This document shows, piece after piece, positions 39,879-50,903 of a stretch of 64,000 bases of DNA. Below the pieces are notes generated by a model, which was not told where the DNA came from, did not search any database, and worked only from the letters and a program-made list of their open reading frames with translations. Source of the stretch: Halobacteriovoraceae bacterium (GTDB lineage Bacteria > Bdellovibrionota > Bacteriovoracia > Bacteriovoracales > Bacteriovoracaceae); assembly GCA_963719505.1 (NCBI GenBank), contig CAVRCF010000005.1:160001-224000 (forward strand). The letters run 5' to 3'. How positions within the stretch are numbered: the first letter of the stretch is position 1; each line of letters begins with the position of its first letter. The translations under genes were made by a program, and so were the position numbers.

Positions 39879-41378
39879 ATGATCCAGTTAAACAGTATTT
39901 CTAAGCACTTTGGTGTTCAAGTTCTTTTCGATGATTTAGATCTTATGGTGGGACGTGGTGAGCGGATCGGCTTTGTGGGAAGAAATGGTTCGGGAAAATC
40001 CACTCTTTTTAAAGTTATTCTAGGTGATCTTACTCCTGATGCCGGGGAAATCAATATCCCAAAAGGCTACAGAATTGGAGCCCTCGATCAGCATATTCAT
40101 TTTACTAAGCCCACAGTTCTTGAAGAATGCTGCCAGGTTTTGACTGAGGATGAGCAATATGACTGGTGGAAAGCCGAAAGAATCCTTTTTGGTTTAGGTT
40201 TTACTGAAGAAGACATGCAAAAAGCCCCGGAGAGTTTCTCTGGAGGATATCAAGTGCGCATCAACCTCACAAAAGCCCTTGTTCAAAACCCTAATCTTCT
40301 TCTTTTAGATGAGCCTACCAACTATCTGGACATCGTCTCTTTGGCCTGGTTAAAGGGCTTTTTAAGATCATTTACAGGTGAGGTCTTATTGATTACTCAC
40401 GATAGAGACTTCATGGATTCTGTGGCGACTCACACCGCTGGTTTGACAAGAAAAAGACTCAGAAAATACAAAGGTGACACCTCAAAGTTCTATGAACAAG
40501 TTGCCGTAAGTGATGAGATGTATGAGCAGACGAGACTAAATCAAGAAAAAAAGAAAAAAGAACTTCAAGGATTTGTCGATCGCTTTGGAGCGAAAGCTTC
40601 AAAAGCGGCTCAGGCCCAGTCCAGAGCAAAACAAATTGAGAAGATGGGAACCATTGCAAAACTTAGTGATGAGCACAGTCTGGGGTTTCGTTTTCATTAT
40701 AAAGAATGTCCAGGTAAGGTTATCTTAGAAGCTAATGATTTAAGCTTCTCATATTCAGGTGAGGCTTGTGATGATCTCTTTTCAAACCTCTCTTTAAGTA
40801 TCGGCCGCCATGACAGGATTGGTATTATTGGGAAAAACGGAAAAGGGAAGTCGACTCTTTTAAATGTTTTAGCCGGTGAACTCAAGGCCAGAACAGGAAC
40901 AATAACAAGCCACCCTTCAATTTCTATGGGGCATTTTGGTCAAACGAATATTGAAAGACTCCATCTTAATAATACGATTCAAAATGAAATAACTGAAAGT
41001 AATCCCGACCTGTCTTTTGCACAGGTGAGAAAAATTTGCGGAACAATGATGTTTGAAGGAGATTTGGCCAATAAGGAAATCTCCGTTCTCTCCGGTGGTG
41101 AAAAAAGTCGAGTGATGCTTGGAAAAATTTTGGCCCATAAATCAAACATCCTCCTTTTGGATGAGCCCACCAACCATCTTGATATGGAATCAATTGAGAG
41201 TCTCACCAATGAGATTGAAAACTTTGAAGGGGCCGTTGTTGTCGTTACTCACTCTGAGCTTATGCTTCGGGCCATCGCCAATAAACTGATTATCTTTCAT
41301 AAAGGCATCGCCGAATTTTTTGACGGAACATATGATGAGTTTCTTGAAAAGATTGGCTGGGAAACAGAAGAATACTAA
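39879..41378 (+). CDS. ABC-F family ATPase
   Basis: Two NBDs (GRNGSGKST, GKNGKGKST), LDEPTN twice, no TM segments. Confidence 0.93.
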   Translation: MIQLNSISKHFGVQVLFDDLDLMVGRGERIGFVGRNGSGKSTLFKVILGDLTPDAGEINIPKGYRIGALDQHIHFTKPTVLEECCQVLTEDEQYDWWKAERILFGLGFTEEDMQKAPESFSGGYQVRINLTKALVQNPNLLLLDEPTNYLDIVSLAWLKGFLRSFTGEVLLITHDRDFMDSVATHTAGLTRKRLRKYKGDTSKFYEQVAVSDEMYEQTRLNQEKKKKELQGFVDRFGAKASKAAQAQSRAKQIEKMGTIAKLSDEHSLGFRFHYKECPGKVILEANDLSFSYSGEACDDLFSNLSLSIGRHDRIGIIGKNGKGKSTLLNVLAGELKARTGTITSHPSISMGHFGQTNIERLHLNNTIQNEITESNPDLSFAQVRKICGTMMFEGDLANKEISVLSGGEKSRVMLGKILAHKSNILLLDEPTNHLDMESIESLTNEIENFEGAVVVVTHSELMLRAIANKLIIFHKGIAEFFDGTYDEFLEKIGWETEEY

Positions 41379-41393
41379 ACAAAATAGGAATTT

Positions 41394-42659
41394 ATGGCAG
41401 ACTTTAGTGCATTAAAACTTTTACCTGAAATTTTAGAATCAATCAGTGCGAAAGGGTATAAATACCCCACGATTATTCAGGAACGGACTATTCCCGTTCT
41501 TCTTAAAGGTCATGATCTTTTGGGGATAGCTCAAACTGGTACTGGTAAAACGGCTTCGTTTTCACTTCCTCTGATCGATAGACTTCTTCGAAAAAAGGTA
41601 GATGTTAAACCCAATCATTGTCGGGCATTAGTTTTAGCGCCAACTAGAGAGCTTGCGACGCAGATTCATAAAAATATTATCTCTTATTCAAAAAATTCAG
41701 AACTGACATCAACCATTATCATGGGTGGAGTTCGAAAAGAGCGTCAAATTGAATTTATGACTGGGGGAGTAGACGTTATAGTGGCCACTCCTGGCAGACT
41801 TTTAGATCTCATGGGAAGTGAAGATATTCTTCTTGATCAAGTTGAAGTGTTTATTTTAGACGAAGCGGATATGATGCTCGATATGGGTTTTTATCAAGAC
41901 GTTCAAACTATCTGTGACCTTTTACCAACTGACAGACAGACGGTTATGTTCTCTGCAACGATGCCAAAAGTTATAGAAAAATTGGCAAAGTCTATTCTTA
42001 AAAATCCAATAAAAATAGCCGCTGCTCCGCAGTCTTCAACTATTGATAAGATTGAGCAGTCTGTATACTTCACTTTGGAAGACAATAAAATCCCTCTTCT
42101 TTTAAGCCTATTGGAAGATGATTCAATTGAGAGAGTGTTAGTTTTTTGTAAGGCAAAATATTCAGTTTCAAGTATTGTTGAGGCTTTAACTGCAAACGGC
42201 ATCACAACGGGTGAGATTCATAGTAATAGGACTCAGACCGAGAGAAACGAAGCCATTGCTGACTTTACTGAAGGAAATATAAGAGTTCTTGTTGCCACAG
42301 ATATCGCTTCTCGTGGTATCGATATTGATGATGTCACTCATGTTATCAATTATAATATGCCTGAAGACGCTACCTTCTACGTTCACCGAATTGGAAGAAC
42401 GGCACGGGCGGGTCGAGAGGGGACGGCCATTTCTTTTTGCGCTGAGAGAGACCTCGCTCTTCTTCGAAATGTTCAAAAACTTATAGGTTTAGAGATTCCA
42501 AAAGTTGTAGATCAGCCTTTTCACCACGAGTATGCCCCGTTAAAAAAGCAGGGCAATCATAAAGACTCAAGTGCGGCGATGAGAAGAAATGATAGAAAAC
42601 GTCCATCTCAGGCTAGACGAGCCTCTAAGAAAAAGCTTTTGGAAAAATTAAGAAAGTAA
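41394..42659 (+). CDS. DEAD-box RNA helicase (RhlE-like)
   Basis: AQTGTGKT, PTRELA, DEAD, SAT and HRIGRTAR. Confidence 0.95.
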   Translation: MADFSALKLLPEILESISAKGYKYPTIIQERTIPVLLKGHDLLGIAQTGTGKTASFSLPLIDRLLRKKVDVKPNHCRALVLAPTRELATQIHKNIISYSKNSELTSTIIMGGVRKERQIEFMTGGVDVIVATPGRLLDLMGSEDILLDQVEVFILDEADMMLDMGFYQDVQTICDLLPTDRQTVMFSATMPKVIEKLAKSILKNPIKIAAAPQSSTIDKIEQSVYFTLEDNKIPLLLSLLEDDSIERVLVFCKAKYSVSSIVEALTANGITTGEIHSNRTQTERNEAIADFTEGNIRVLVATDIASRGIDIDDVTHVINYNMPEDATFYVHRIGRTARAGREGTAISFCAERDLALLRNVQKLIGLEIPKVVDQPFHHEYAPLKKQGNHKDSSAAMRRNDRKRPSQARRASKKKLLEKLRK

Positions 42660-42664
42660 GAGTT

Positions 42665-43015
42665 TTATCTTTTTTCACAACCGTATTTTGCACTTCTAAA
42701 AATTTCGTTTCTTCGATCGATGTTGGTTGTAACAGAGACACGCTTTGTAACGGAGTTGAAGTTTACTTGTGTTTTTCCAAACTCTCTTCCTAAATATGAA
42801 GCAAAAATATATGAATTTCCATGTTTCTCTTTAAGAGCAATTCTTCCAGATGATTGGTGGACTCTAAAACTTGCTGTTGAGTCATTCACATCATTTGAAT
42901 TGATCATCACTTCTACGTAATACTCTTCGATTCCTTCTAGATAATCACAGTAGTAATAATCTGAGGCAAATGCGCTCATAAAAGTAATAAAAGAAAGTAA
43001 TAGAAAGGTTTTCAT
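42665..43015 (-). CDS. Small secreted hypothetical protein
   Basis: MKTFLLLSFITFMSAFA signal; GGAG RBS. Confidence 0.6.
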   Translation of the reverse strand: MKTFLLLSFITFMSAFASDYYYCDYLEGIEEYYVEVMINSNDVNDSTASFRVHQSSGRIALKEKHGNSYIFASYLGREFGKTQVNFNSVTKRVSVTTNIDRRNEIFRSAKYGCEKR

Positions 43016-43169
43016 GTTTTTCTCCAAAAGGGGTATTTTCTTTAATTTTAACTGCTTCAAGCATTTTTCCCTAGGACCTGTGAAAGATTTATGCAGTGGC
43101 AAATGTGCAGAATCCAAGACCCAGACAAGTTAAGTTCCTGATAAGACAATTAGTTAAGAGAAAGAAGAT

Positions 43170-44058
43170 CTAGATTTGAGAAATGAGACCAGCACATATC
43201 AGAGCGATCTCTTCGTCAGTTCCGGGATCAGACAGAACGGTAAGAGAGTAGTAATTATTTTTTTTCTTAAACACCATAGTGTGGTGTTTAGATTTTGAAT
43301 TTATAAGTTTTCCATCAACAGTAGTTTTACCATTGTAGGTTCCAGTTTTTCCACCGATATTCATCTTTTTAGGTAAATATTTTCTACCTCTAAGCTTTCC
43401 CGTACGAGACAAAAACATCGTTTGAAAGAGGTGAAGGCTTCCTGGGTATTTCTCATCATATGAGTCTTGTATAAATTTTGAAATATCGACGGCATTGACT
43501 TCATTTCCGTGGGTTGTGCCCAAATATCCTCTAAAGCCAATAGATCGAGTTATGCCCAAAAGTTTTAAAAAATCATCCACTCTCTTTCTTCCGATGTTTT
43601 CGGAGCCTTCTCCAATTAATATTTGCAGCGCACTCCAAGATGTATTGCTCGATACAATGATTAAGTTGTTCAAATGCTCAATGGCATCTTCGCTTGGGTA
43701 ACCTTGAGTAAAATTTAAGTATGAGCCAGCGACAAAAATTTTACTTACTGATGCTCCGTAAAACTGTTTAGCTGCATTTGTACTTTGAGAAATTATTTTT
43801 TTTGTTTCTAAGTTTCTAAGAACCCATTGAATATTTGGACTTTGTTGCTGAACTATTTTTAGGTATTGCTGCTTTTTTTTATTATCAAAAAGATAACCGG
43901 ATCCATAGGCCTTTAAGTTGGTCTCTTGATTACTGAAAAAGTCTAAATAATTTCCACCTTCAAAATGATAGAAGCTATCATCCTGGGGCTTTGAGTACAA
44001 CCTTTGAAAAGGTATTCATCGATAGAGATAATATGAGAAGAAAGAAAATATTTTTCAT
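43170..44058 (-). pseudogene. Class A beta-lactamase-like serine hydrolase; signal peptide out of frame
   Basis: SVSK, SSN and KTG motifs; MKNIFFLLILSLSMNTFS (ATG 44058) is one base out of frame near 43985-43990. Confidence 0.65.
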
Positions 44059-44133
44059 AGGTGCTTTCTAGCATTAGAAGATTCTTTTGATAATAGATTT
44101 TTCGAGGTCATTAATTTGTAACTATTGGATATT

Positions 44134-44418
44134 TCAAGTGTTATTTATGGTTTTTAAAAGATCTGGGTAGGACTTTTCAATCTCTGGATTAATGGAGAGA
44201 TACTTTCTAACACCTTCAACTCTTTCACAAAGTATATTGGATTCAATAAGTATCTTAATATGATGGGAAAAGGTGGCTTTTTGCACACAGTACTCAAAAT
44301 CACCACAGGTGATCTCAGGCTTTTCAGATTTGAGAAGCTGCTTAATAACTCCAAGCCTGATTGGATCACCAAGGGCCTTAAGTATTTTATCTAATGGTAA
44401 TTGTTCTGTTTTTTTCAT
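44134..44418 (-). CDS. ArsR/SmtB-family regulator
   Basis: KALGDPIRL...ATFSHHIKIL. Confidence 0.9.
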   Translation of the reverse strand: MKKTEQLPLDKILKALGDPIRLGVIKQLLKSEKPEITCGDFEYCVQKATFSHHIKILIESNILCERVEGVRKYLSINPEIEKSYPDLLKTINNT

Positions 44419-44490
44419 TGTTAGATATATATCTAACATACTTCTTGCTTTATTTAAAGAGTGGGTTTATTGTTAGATAAATATCAAACA
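44419..44490. promoter_or_regulatory. Two palindromic operator copies for the ArsR/nemA divergon
   Basis: Perfect TGTTAGATATATATCTAACA (44419-38) and TGTTAGATAAATATCAAACA (44471-90). Confidence 0.8.
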
Positions 44491-44502
44491 ATGGAGACAT
44501 AT

Positions 44503-45552
44503 ATGAGTTCATTATTTAACCCCTTAAAACTTGGTGATCAAACTCTTAAAAATAGAATTATCATGGCGCCTTTAACAAGAGCGAGGGCCGGAGAAGAAAG
44601 AATTCCCAACGATCTTATGGTCGAGTACTACACTCAACGTGCTAGTGCTGGCTTGATTTTAACGGAGGCCACTTCTATTAATCCTATGGGTGTCGGGTAT
44701 GCAAATACACCTGGAATTTGGTCTGATGACCAAGTTGAAGGTTGGAAGAAAATTACAAGTGCCGTTCATGCACAAGGTGGAAAGATCTTTATACAGCTTT
44801 GGCATGTAGGGAGAATTTCACATTCTTCATTTTTAGATGGAAATAAGCCCGTTGCACCCTCGGCGATAAAACCCAAAGGGCATGTCTCACTAGTGAGACC
44901 AGTGACTGAATACGATACGCCTCGTGCCCTTGAAACTGAAGAAGTTAAACAGATTGTCGAAGACTATAGAAAAGGCGCACAAAATGCCAAAAAAGCGGGC
45001 TTTGATGGCGTTGAAATTCACGCGGCCAATGGCTATTTACTCGATCAATTCTTACAAGACTCGACTAATAAAAGAGATGATATCTATGGTGGGTCGATTG
45101 AAAATAGATCAAGATTTTTGCTTGAAGTTGTCGATGCGGCTATAAGTGTTTGGGGAAGTGAGCGCGTCGGAGTTCATCTTGCTCCAAGATGCGATAGTCA
45201 TGATATGGGGGATTCAAACCCTCTGGAAACCTTCGGCCACGTTGCACGTGAGCTAGGTAAAAAGAATATAGCCTTTATTTTTACAAGAGAACATCAAGCG
45301 GATGATAGCCTTACACCAAAACTTCGTGAGCTTTTTAGTGGAGTCTTTATCGGTAATGAGAAATACACAAAGGATCTTGCCGAAGAAGCGATAGACTCTG
45401 GTCTTGTTGATGCGGTCTCATTTGGAGTTCCTTTTATTGCCAATCCAGATCTTGTGAAGAGATTTGAGACGGGTGCTGAGCTTAATGACCCCGTACCATC
45501 GACTTTCTATGGACCTGATGAAAAAGGCTATACTGATTACCCAACTCTATAA
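44503..45552 (+). CDS. nemA: Old yellow enzyme / N-ethylmaleimide reductase
   Basis: MAPLTRAR, QLWHVGR, EIHAANGYL, YGGSIENR and GYTDYP. Confidence 0.92.
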   Translation: MSSLFNPLKLGDQTLKNRIIMAPLTRARAGEERIPNDLMVEYYTQRASAGLILTEATSINPMGVGYANTPGIWSDDQVEGWKKITSAVHAQGGKIFIQLWHVGRISHSSFLDGNKPVAPSAIKPKGHVSLVRPVTEYDTPRALETEEVKQIVEDYRKGAQNAKKAGFDGVEIHAANGYLLDQFLQDSTNKRDDIYGGSIENRSRFLLEVVDAAISVWGSERVGVHLAPRCDSHDMGDSNPLETFGHVARELGKKNIAFIFTREHQADDSLTPKLRELFSGVFIGNEKYTKDLAEEAIDSGLVDAVSFGVPFIANPDLVKRFETGAELNDPVPSTFYGPDEKGYTDYPTL

Positions 45553-45562
45553 GTAATAATTG

Positions 45563-45594
45563 TTTAAGCTACCTGTCTTTTTGGGTAGCTTAAA
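45563..45594 (+). terminator. Terminator hairpin
   Basis: TTTAAGCTACC...GGTAGCTTAAA. Confidence 0.6.
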
Positions 45595-45667
45595 TATCTG
45601 CAATAAAAAGATCAAACTGGTCAAGTAGTTCTATAGAATTTCCTTTTTTAAACCGATACCAATAATA

Positions 45668-47143
45668 GTGAAATTTCTGATAAACTTACTTTTCATTTTT
45701 TCTTTGAACGCAAATTCATTTTGTGAATCAGCGTTTGTTTCAAAATTTCCTCACAGTCTGAACACATCTTCGATTGAAGAGATATCTCAAGCTCTAAAAG
45801 CGAGCTTGAAAGGTCGTAACGAAACAATAGTCCTTAAAAGTATTGAAAAAGAATTAAAAAGGAATTCTGACTTTAATCATTTAAAACTCCTTCAAGACGG
45901 AAAACTGGAGTCTGAGGTTGTCGTTCTGGGAGGAGGGATTCACGGATCCATAACAGCTAATGGCTTGAAGCAAGCCAATGCAAAGAGAAGTGTCCTAGTG
46001 GTCGATAAATTGGATTGTTTAGGAGTCTTTAATTGCCTTGGAGATACCTTTTTTATCAATAGTCCTGAGTTTTTAAAAGCCAGAAGCTCTGAGCTGTATA
46101 AGCTTAGTAAGAATCATATGACAGGAATGCCTATTCAGCCCTCTGATTTTTCAAACTTGAAAATAAAATCCATGGAAGTTGGTGATAGTGAATTCTTTAT
46201 TCCTGGAAAGTATATCGGAAATAGTTCAAATATGAATATGGCAAGCTCCGGGGCTGACCTGTTGATGGGTGAGAAAATAATGAGTGTGAAAAGGATAAAT
46301 GGATCTCGTTTCAAATATGAGCTTAAACTCTCTGGTGGAAAATCCATTTTTACCAATAAAATTATCATGCCCTCCGGACTTGGGACTCCGAGTATCCCTT
46401 TGAAGGATCTTACTTCTTTAGAAGTGGCCAAAAAGCATCTTGGACAAAAAATCAATCATATAGAGAGCTATATGAGAAAGATGCAATTAAAAATTCAAGA
46501 AGGGACAAATATCTTAAAAGTAATCAAAGGCAAAAAAATAGCCGTGGTTGGTGGTGGAGATGGTGGTGCTATTATAACTGAGCTTCTTTTAGGGAAAGGT
46601 CCAAGTAAGGCCTATATTGGGGGCATAACAAAGTCGGATCTTCCAAAACAGATTGTATGGTTTGGACAAAAAAAATTAAACTCCACTCAGTACATAGAAA
46701 ATACTTGGGAGAGATATAGGGATTTATCTGTTCATTTTCCAGGTGGGAAAGAGAAGCAGTTGATAAATCCAATCGATGGGTACCTAGAGAAAATTAAAGA
46801 GCTTCCTAATGGAAAGTTTAAAGTCTCTCATGAAAATGGTACTGAAATTGTGGATGAAATTGTCTTTAGTGCTGGTTATAAAGATGAATCCAAAACGATT
46901 TTTAAAGAGTTCTTAAAAGGCAGTGGCGAATTTAGCACGAGCGCTAAAACTTTAGACTCGGGCGAAGTCGTCGCCAGAAAACTCACAAATGAAGAGGTTT
47001 ACTTTGTAGGGCCGCAAGGTCAAAATATTGTTCCAGGCGGTGGTGGACTCGCTACTACGGCCCTGGACCCAGGTGGAGTAAACTCCCCACGAATAGAGGT
47101 TTTGGCTCCAAAAACCTTCAGCTTTGCGATCACACTTGACTAA
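45668..47143 (+). CDS. Putatively secreted FAD/NAD(P)-dependent oxidoreductase
   Basis: Signal-like N-terminus; VVLGGGIHG and AVVGGGDGG Rossmann motifs. Confidence 0.65.
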   Translation: MKFLINLLFIFSLNANSFCESAFVSKFPHSLNTSSIEEISQALKASLKGRNETIVLKSIEKELKRNSDFNHLKLLQDGKLESEVVVLGGGIHGSITANGLKQANAKRSVLVVDKLDCLGVFNCLGDTFFINSPEFLKARSSELYKLSKNHMTGMPIQPSDFSNLKIKSMEVGDSEFFIPGKYIGNSSNMNMASSGADLLMGEKIMSVKRINGSRFKYELKLSGGKSIFTNKIIMPSGLGTPSIPLKDLTSLEVAKKHLGQKINHIESYMRKMQLKIQEGTNILKVIKGKKIAVVGGGDGGAIITELLLGKGPSKAYIGGITKSDLPKQIVWFGQKKLNSTQYIENTWERYRDLSVHFPGGKEKQLINPIDGYLEKIKELPNGKFKVSHENGTEIVDEIVFSAGYKDESKTIFKEFLKGSGEFSTSAKTLDSGEVVARKLTNEEVYFVGPQGQNIVPGGGGLATTALDPGGVNSPRIEVLAPKTFSFAITLD

Positions 47144-47235
47144 CGAATCGGACCTGCAAATTTTACAAGTTAACTAGTTGAAAATTCAGATGAATGATAC
47201 AAGACTTTTTTAAATATTAATTTCAAAGGTTAAGT

Positions 47236-47451
47236 ATGTCCGCTCTTAAGAATTTTCTTATTGTCTCTTTAGTCATGGGTAGTATTTCTGCTTTTGCTGG
47301 TTCACTAGGCCAGTACAAAAGTGAAATGGACCTTATATCAAATGTCCTTTTAGAAAAAAACTCAGATATCGAAACATCTAATATCTTTAAAGCCTCAAGT
47401 TTAAATCAACTGGTTTTAAAACTTGAATCAATGAAAGGCCTACCGAATTAA
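47236..47451 (+). CDS. Short secreted ORF, possibly truncated
   Basis: Signal peptide ending GSISAFA; ends just before the transposon. Confidence 0.45.
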   Translation: MSALKNFLIVSLVMGSISAFAGSLGQYKSEMDLISNVLLEKNSDIETSNIFKASSLNQLVLKLESMKGLPN

Positions 47452-47674
47452 CCAAAAATACAAGCTGTTGAATCAACAAATGCTTGTTTGAACATGGAGG
47501 TTCGAAAATGATTATTCTAAACACCCTTTATCATTATCTTTTAATTCATTTATCCAAGCTTTGTAGAAATTCAAAAATCTTACCCAAATTCAAACTTTAA
47601 CTCTGATTTTACAAACCGTTGAATCAGAAAGATCTTACCGAAATTAAATAATCACATGAATTTGGAGTAATAAA

Positions 47675-48834
47675 ATGACACTAGAATTTAAATCAACCTA
47701 TATAAAAGCAATTCAGAAACGATACTATATGGCCTCAAAAAAGGAAAAATCTGCCATACTTACTGAGCTTTGTAGCATTACAGGATACCACCGCAAATAT
47801 GCTATTGAGATACTTGCAAAGGGCCATAAGACTGGCAAAAAGGCATCAGGAAGAATAAAGGTATACTCAAATCAGTCACTATCCCATTTAAAGAAATTAT
47901 GGCATATTCTAGGGCGTATTTGCTCAAAGAAGATGGTCGCAGCCTTGCCAGTTTGGCTAGAGTATTATGAGCATGAACAGTTTAGCGAGGAGATTAAGCA
48001 AGAAATACTAAGTATGAGTTCAGCTTCAATTGATAGATATTTGAAGCCTTATAAAGCTCAGTTTAGTCGTAGAAAAAGAACTGGAACTGTTAGAGCCAAG
48101 AAGTTTGCGCATGTGATTCCAATCAAGAAATTCGACGAAAAAAATGAAGAACCTGGATACCTTCAAGCTGACACTGTAGCTCACTGTGGAAACTCTTTGT
48201 CAGGCTAGTTCATTTGGACAACAACGATTACTGATGAATACTCTGGATGGACAGAAAATCGAGCGAGTTTTGGTAAAGATGCAACAAGTGTTTTAACCGC
48301 TATTACCGCAGGACTTTGGAACTTTCCGTGTACTGTTAAATCTTTTAATACCGACTCAGGAACAGAGTTTATCAATCACAAGCTTCAAGAATTTTTAGAT
48401 AAGAAAGGCATCGAGTTTACGAGATCAAGGCCTTATAAAAAGAATGACAATTGTCATGTTGAGCAAAAAAATTTCACCCATGTAAGAGAGCTTTTTAGCT
48501 ATGAAAGATTTGATAAGGAAGAATTAGTTTTTATTATGAATAGCATTTATTCAAGCTATTTTAATGTTCTCAAAACTTCTTTGTGCCTCAGTTAAAAGCA
48601 ATTGAAGTAACTCGTATTGGTGCAAAATACAAACGCAAATACGACAAAGCCAGAACCCCCTATCAGCGACTGATTGATTCAGGAAAACTCAGTAGTTATC
48701 AAGTTCAACAATTAACTGAGAGATACGAATCACTAAACCCTATTCAACTTAAGAAAGAATTGAATGACATGATGAAGAGATTCAACAGGTTTTTAGAGGG
48801 GAAATCTGACTTTAAGTATAAGTTTGTAGCTTAG
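47675..48834 (+). pseudogene. DDE (rve-type) transposase pseudogene
   Basis: DTVAHCG, DSGTEF and FTRSRPYKKNDNCHVEQKN; in-frame TAG at 48206-08 and frameshift near 48570. Confidence 0.85.
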
Positions 48835-48922
48835 AAGCAAGAAAGCCTGCTTTGTGAGCAGGCTATATTGCTCACTCATAAATTATTAATCTTTATGAGT
48901 GAGGCTTGTACTTTATATTAGT

Positions 48923-50161
48923 TGGAAGTAACACGAATTGCGTTTACAACACCTGACTAAATATTGCCGGTAATATTTGAGTCATGCGTTCTCAGTTAAA
49001 ATTGTAGTAACCACAAAACAATTTTTAACAAAAGGAAAACACATGACTCAACAACAGTATCTCATTAATCGTAAGCTCAACATAGTTGAATTTGCAGACA
49101 CTTTAAAAAATATTACAAAAGCATGCAAAAGACTTGGTGTAAGCCGACAGCATTACTACGATATTAAAACTGCCATACAAGAAGACGGACTTGAAGGCCT
49201 TATAGAAAAGTCTAGAAGAGGTCCAAGAGTTGGAAACAGGTGCGCTCCAGAAGTCGAGAAAGCTGTTCTAGACTATTCTTTACAGTATCCTACCCATGGA
49301 CAAGTTCGAGTTTCGAATGAGCTTAAAAGAAAAAGCAATATTGCTATTAGCGCTGGCGGAATTCGCTCAATCTGGCTCAGGCATGACTTACAAGTAAAAC
49401 ATCTAAGGTTAAAACGTCTAGAGAAATGGTCGGCTCAGGAGAATAATATTTTAACTGAGTCTCAAGTCCAAGCACTCGAAGAGAGAAAGCAAGAGAAAGA
49501 AGCTCATGGCGAAGTAGAGACTCATCACTCTGGATTTCTATTCGCCCAAGATACTTACTACGTTGGCTACATTAAAGGTGTTGGAAAAATTTATCAGCAA
49601 ACAGGAATTGATACCTATTCTAATGTGGGGTTTGCAAAACTCTATCTGGATAAAACTCAAACTGTTGCGGCAGATTTTTTAAACAGCAAAGTACTTCCAT
49701 TCTTCGACGAACACAGGATCTCAGTTCTTAGGATTTTGACAGACAATGGACGAGAATATTGTGGTCACAAAGATGCGCATCACTATCAATTATTCATGCA
49801 CTTGAATGATATAGAACATAGTCGAACAAAAGTAAGACATCCTCAAACGAATGGATCAGTAGAGAAATTAAATCAAATCATCCAAAATGAATTTTATAGT
49901 GTTGCATTTAGAAAGAAGCTTTATACGAGCCTAGAAGGACTGCAGTATGATCTTGATTTTTACATGAAGGATTACAACTTCGACAGAACAAATCAAGGAA
50001 AGAGGTGCAAAGGAAGAACTCCTTATGAAACATTTTCAGAAGGAGTAAAATTGTATAAAGAAATGGTTTTTGACACCGAGGTAGAAAGTAGCGAAATAGA
50101 TTTACAATAGTTTTATATTTTGACTGAGAGCGTTTTGTAAACGCAAGTCGTGACTACTGCA
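48923..50161 (+). mobile_element. IS481-family element
   Basis: IRs TGGAAGTAACACGAATTGCGTTTACAA and TTGTAAACGCAAGTCGTGACTACTGCA; 7-bp duplication TATTAGT. Confidence 0.93.
49043..50110 (+). CDS. IS481-family transposase
   Basis: QDTYYVG, TDNGREY and PQTNGSVE. Confidence 0.95.
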   Translation: MTQQQYLINRKLNIVEFADTLKNITKACKRLGVSRQHYYDIKTAIQEDGLEGLIEKSRRGPRVGNRCAPEVEKAVLDYSLQYPTHGQVRVSNELKRKSNIAISAGGIRSIWLRHDLQVKHLRLKRLEKWSAQENNILTESQVQALEERKQEKEAHGEVETHHSGFLFAQDTYYVGYIKGVGKIYQQTGIDTYSNVGFAKLYLDKTQTVAADFLNSKVLPFFDEHRISVLRILTDNGREYCGHKDAHHYQLFMHLNDIEHSRTKVRHPQTNGSVEKLNQIIQNEFYSVAFRKKLYTSLEGLQYDLDFYMKDYNFDRTNQGKRCKGRTPYETFSEGVKLYKEMVFDTEVESSEIDLQ

Positions 50162-50177
50162 TATTAGTGCTTGACGA

Positions 50178-50615
50178 CTATTTTAGTTTATCGCAATTAG
50201 GTAAAGTTCTAATTGTTTTCAGAACTATGGATCTTTCCATAGATTTACTAGGTATTCCAAGATTAGGTAATCCTCGCCTAGAGCTTCGAGACAAGACAAA
50301 ACCATCAGAAGGATCTTTAATTAATGCTTTCGCTGACCATCTTTCAGAAAGCTTTATAGACAATCTTTCAAAAATGTCATCTTTTACTCGATATTGCCCT
50401 TGATTTTTATGGTACACACTCGATGAATAATTAATAATAAAATCTGGGGATTCCCCGTCAAGTGCCTTTTCAAAACCTTTATCTAGTAATGTTGACTCGA
50501 CTTGCACTGCTAAGCTCTCGTTTAGTGGAAAGCTCGAGCTCGTTTGAAAAGTACATATATTTGCAAAAGCAGAAATACTTCCTAATGCTAATAATCCAAT
50601 TAATAATTTTTTCAT
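50178..50615 (-). CDS. Secreted hypothetical protein
   Basis: MKKLLIGLLALGSISAFA signal; GGAG RBS. Confidence 0.65.
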   Translation of the reverse strand: MKKLLIGLLALGSISAFANICTFQTSSSFPLNESLAVQVESTLLDKGFEKALDGESPDFIINYSSSVYHKNQGQYRVKDDIFERLSIKLSERWSAKALIKDPSDGFVLSRSSRRGLPNLGIPSKSMERSIVLKTIRTLPNCDKLK

Positions 50616-50826
50616 AATTTGTTCTCCATATTTACAGTCATAAACCAAATGGTTTTAATTCAAACCTTGCTTTATAATTTCTTTATATAAGTGAGTATAC
50701 AGACCCAGTAGCGCAGCGCAATACAAGATCCTCATTGATGTAATATCTTCACGATTCAGAGCTGGTATATAACTGGATAGCTCCACGTGGGATTACCTCT
50801 TAAGTTCTCGCTCAACAATATCAGAC

Positions 50827-50857
50827 AAAAAAAGACCTGCTCAAAAAAGGCAGGTCC
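50827..50857 (-). terminator. Rho-independent terminator
   Basis: GACCTGC...GCAGGTC followed by T7 on the minus strand. Confidence 0.7.
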
Positions 50858-50903
50858 AGTTATTCATTATTCCTTAGGTTTTATGTCTAAATATTAGCAA
50901 GTA

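Noticed and set aside
48206-48208. TAG recoding in the transposase / alternative genetic code
   Set aside because: The same gene also has a frameshift, and TAG/TGA terminate many intact genes in the window.
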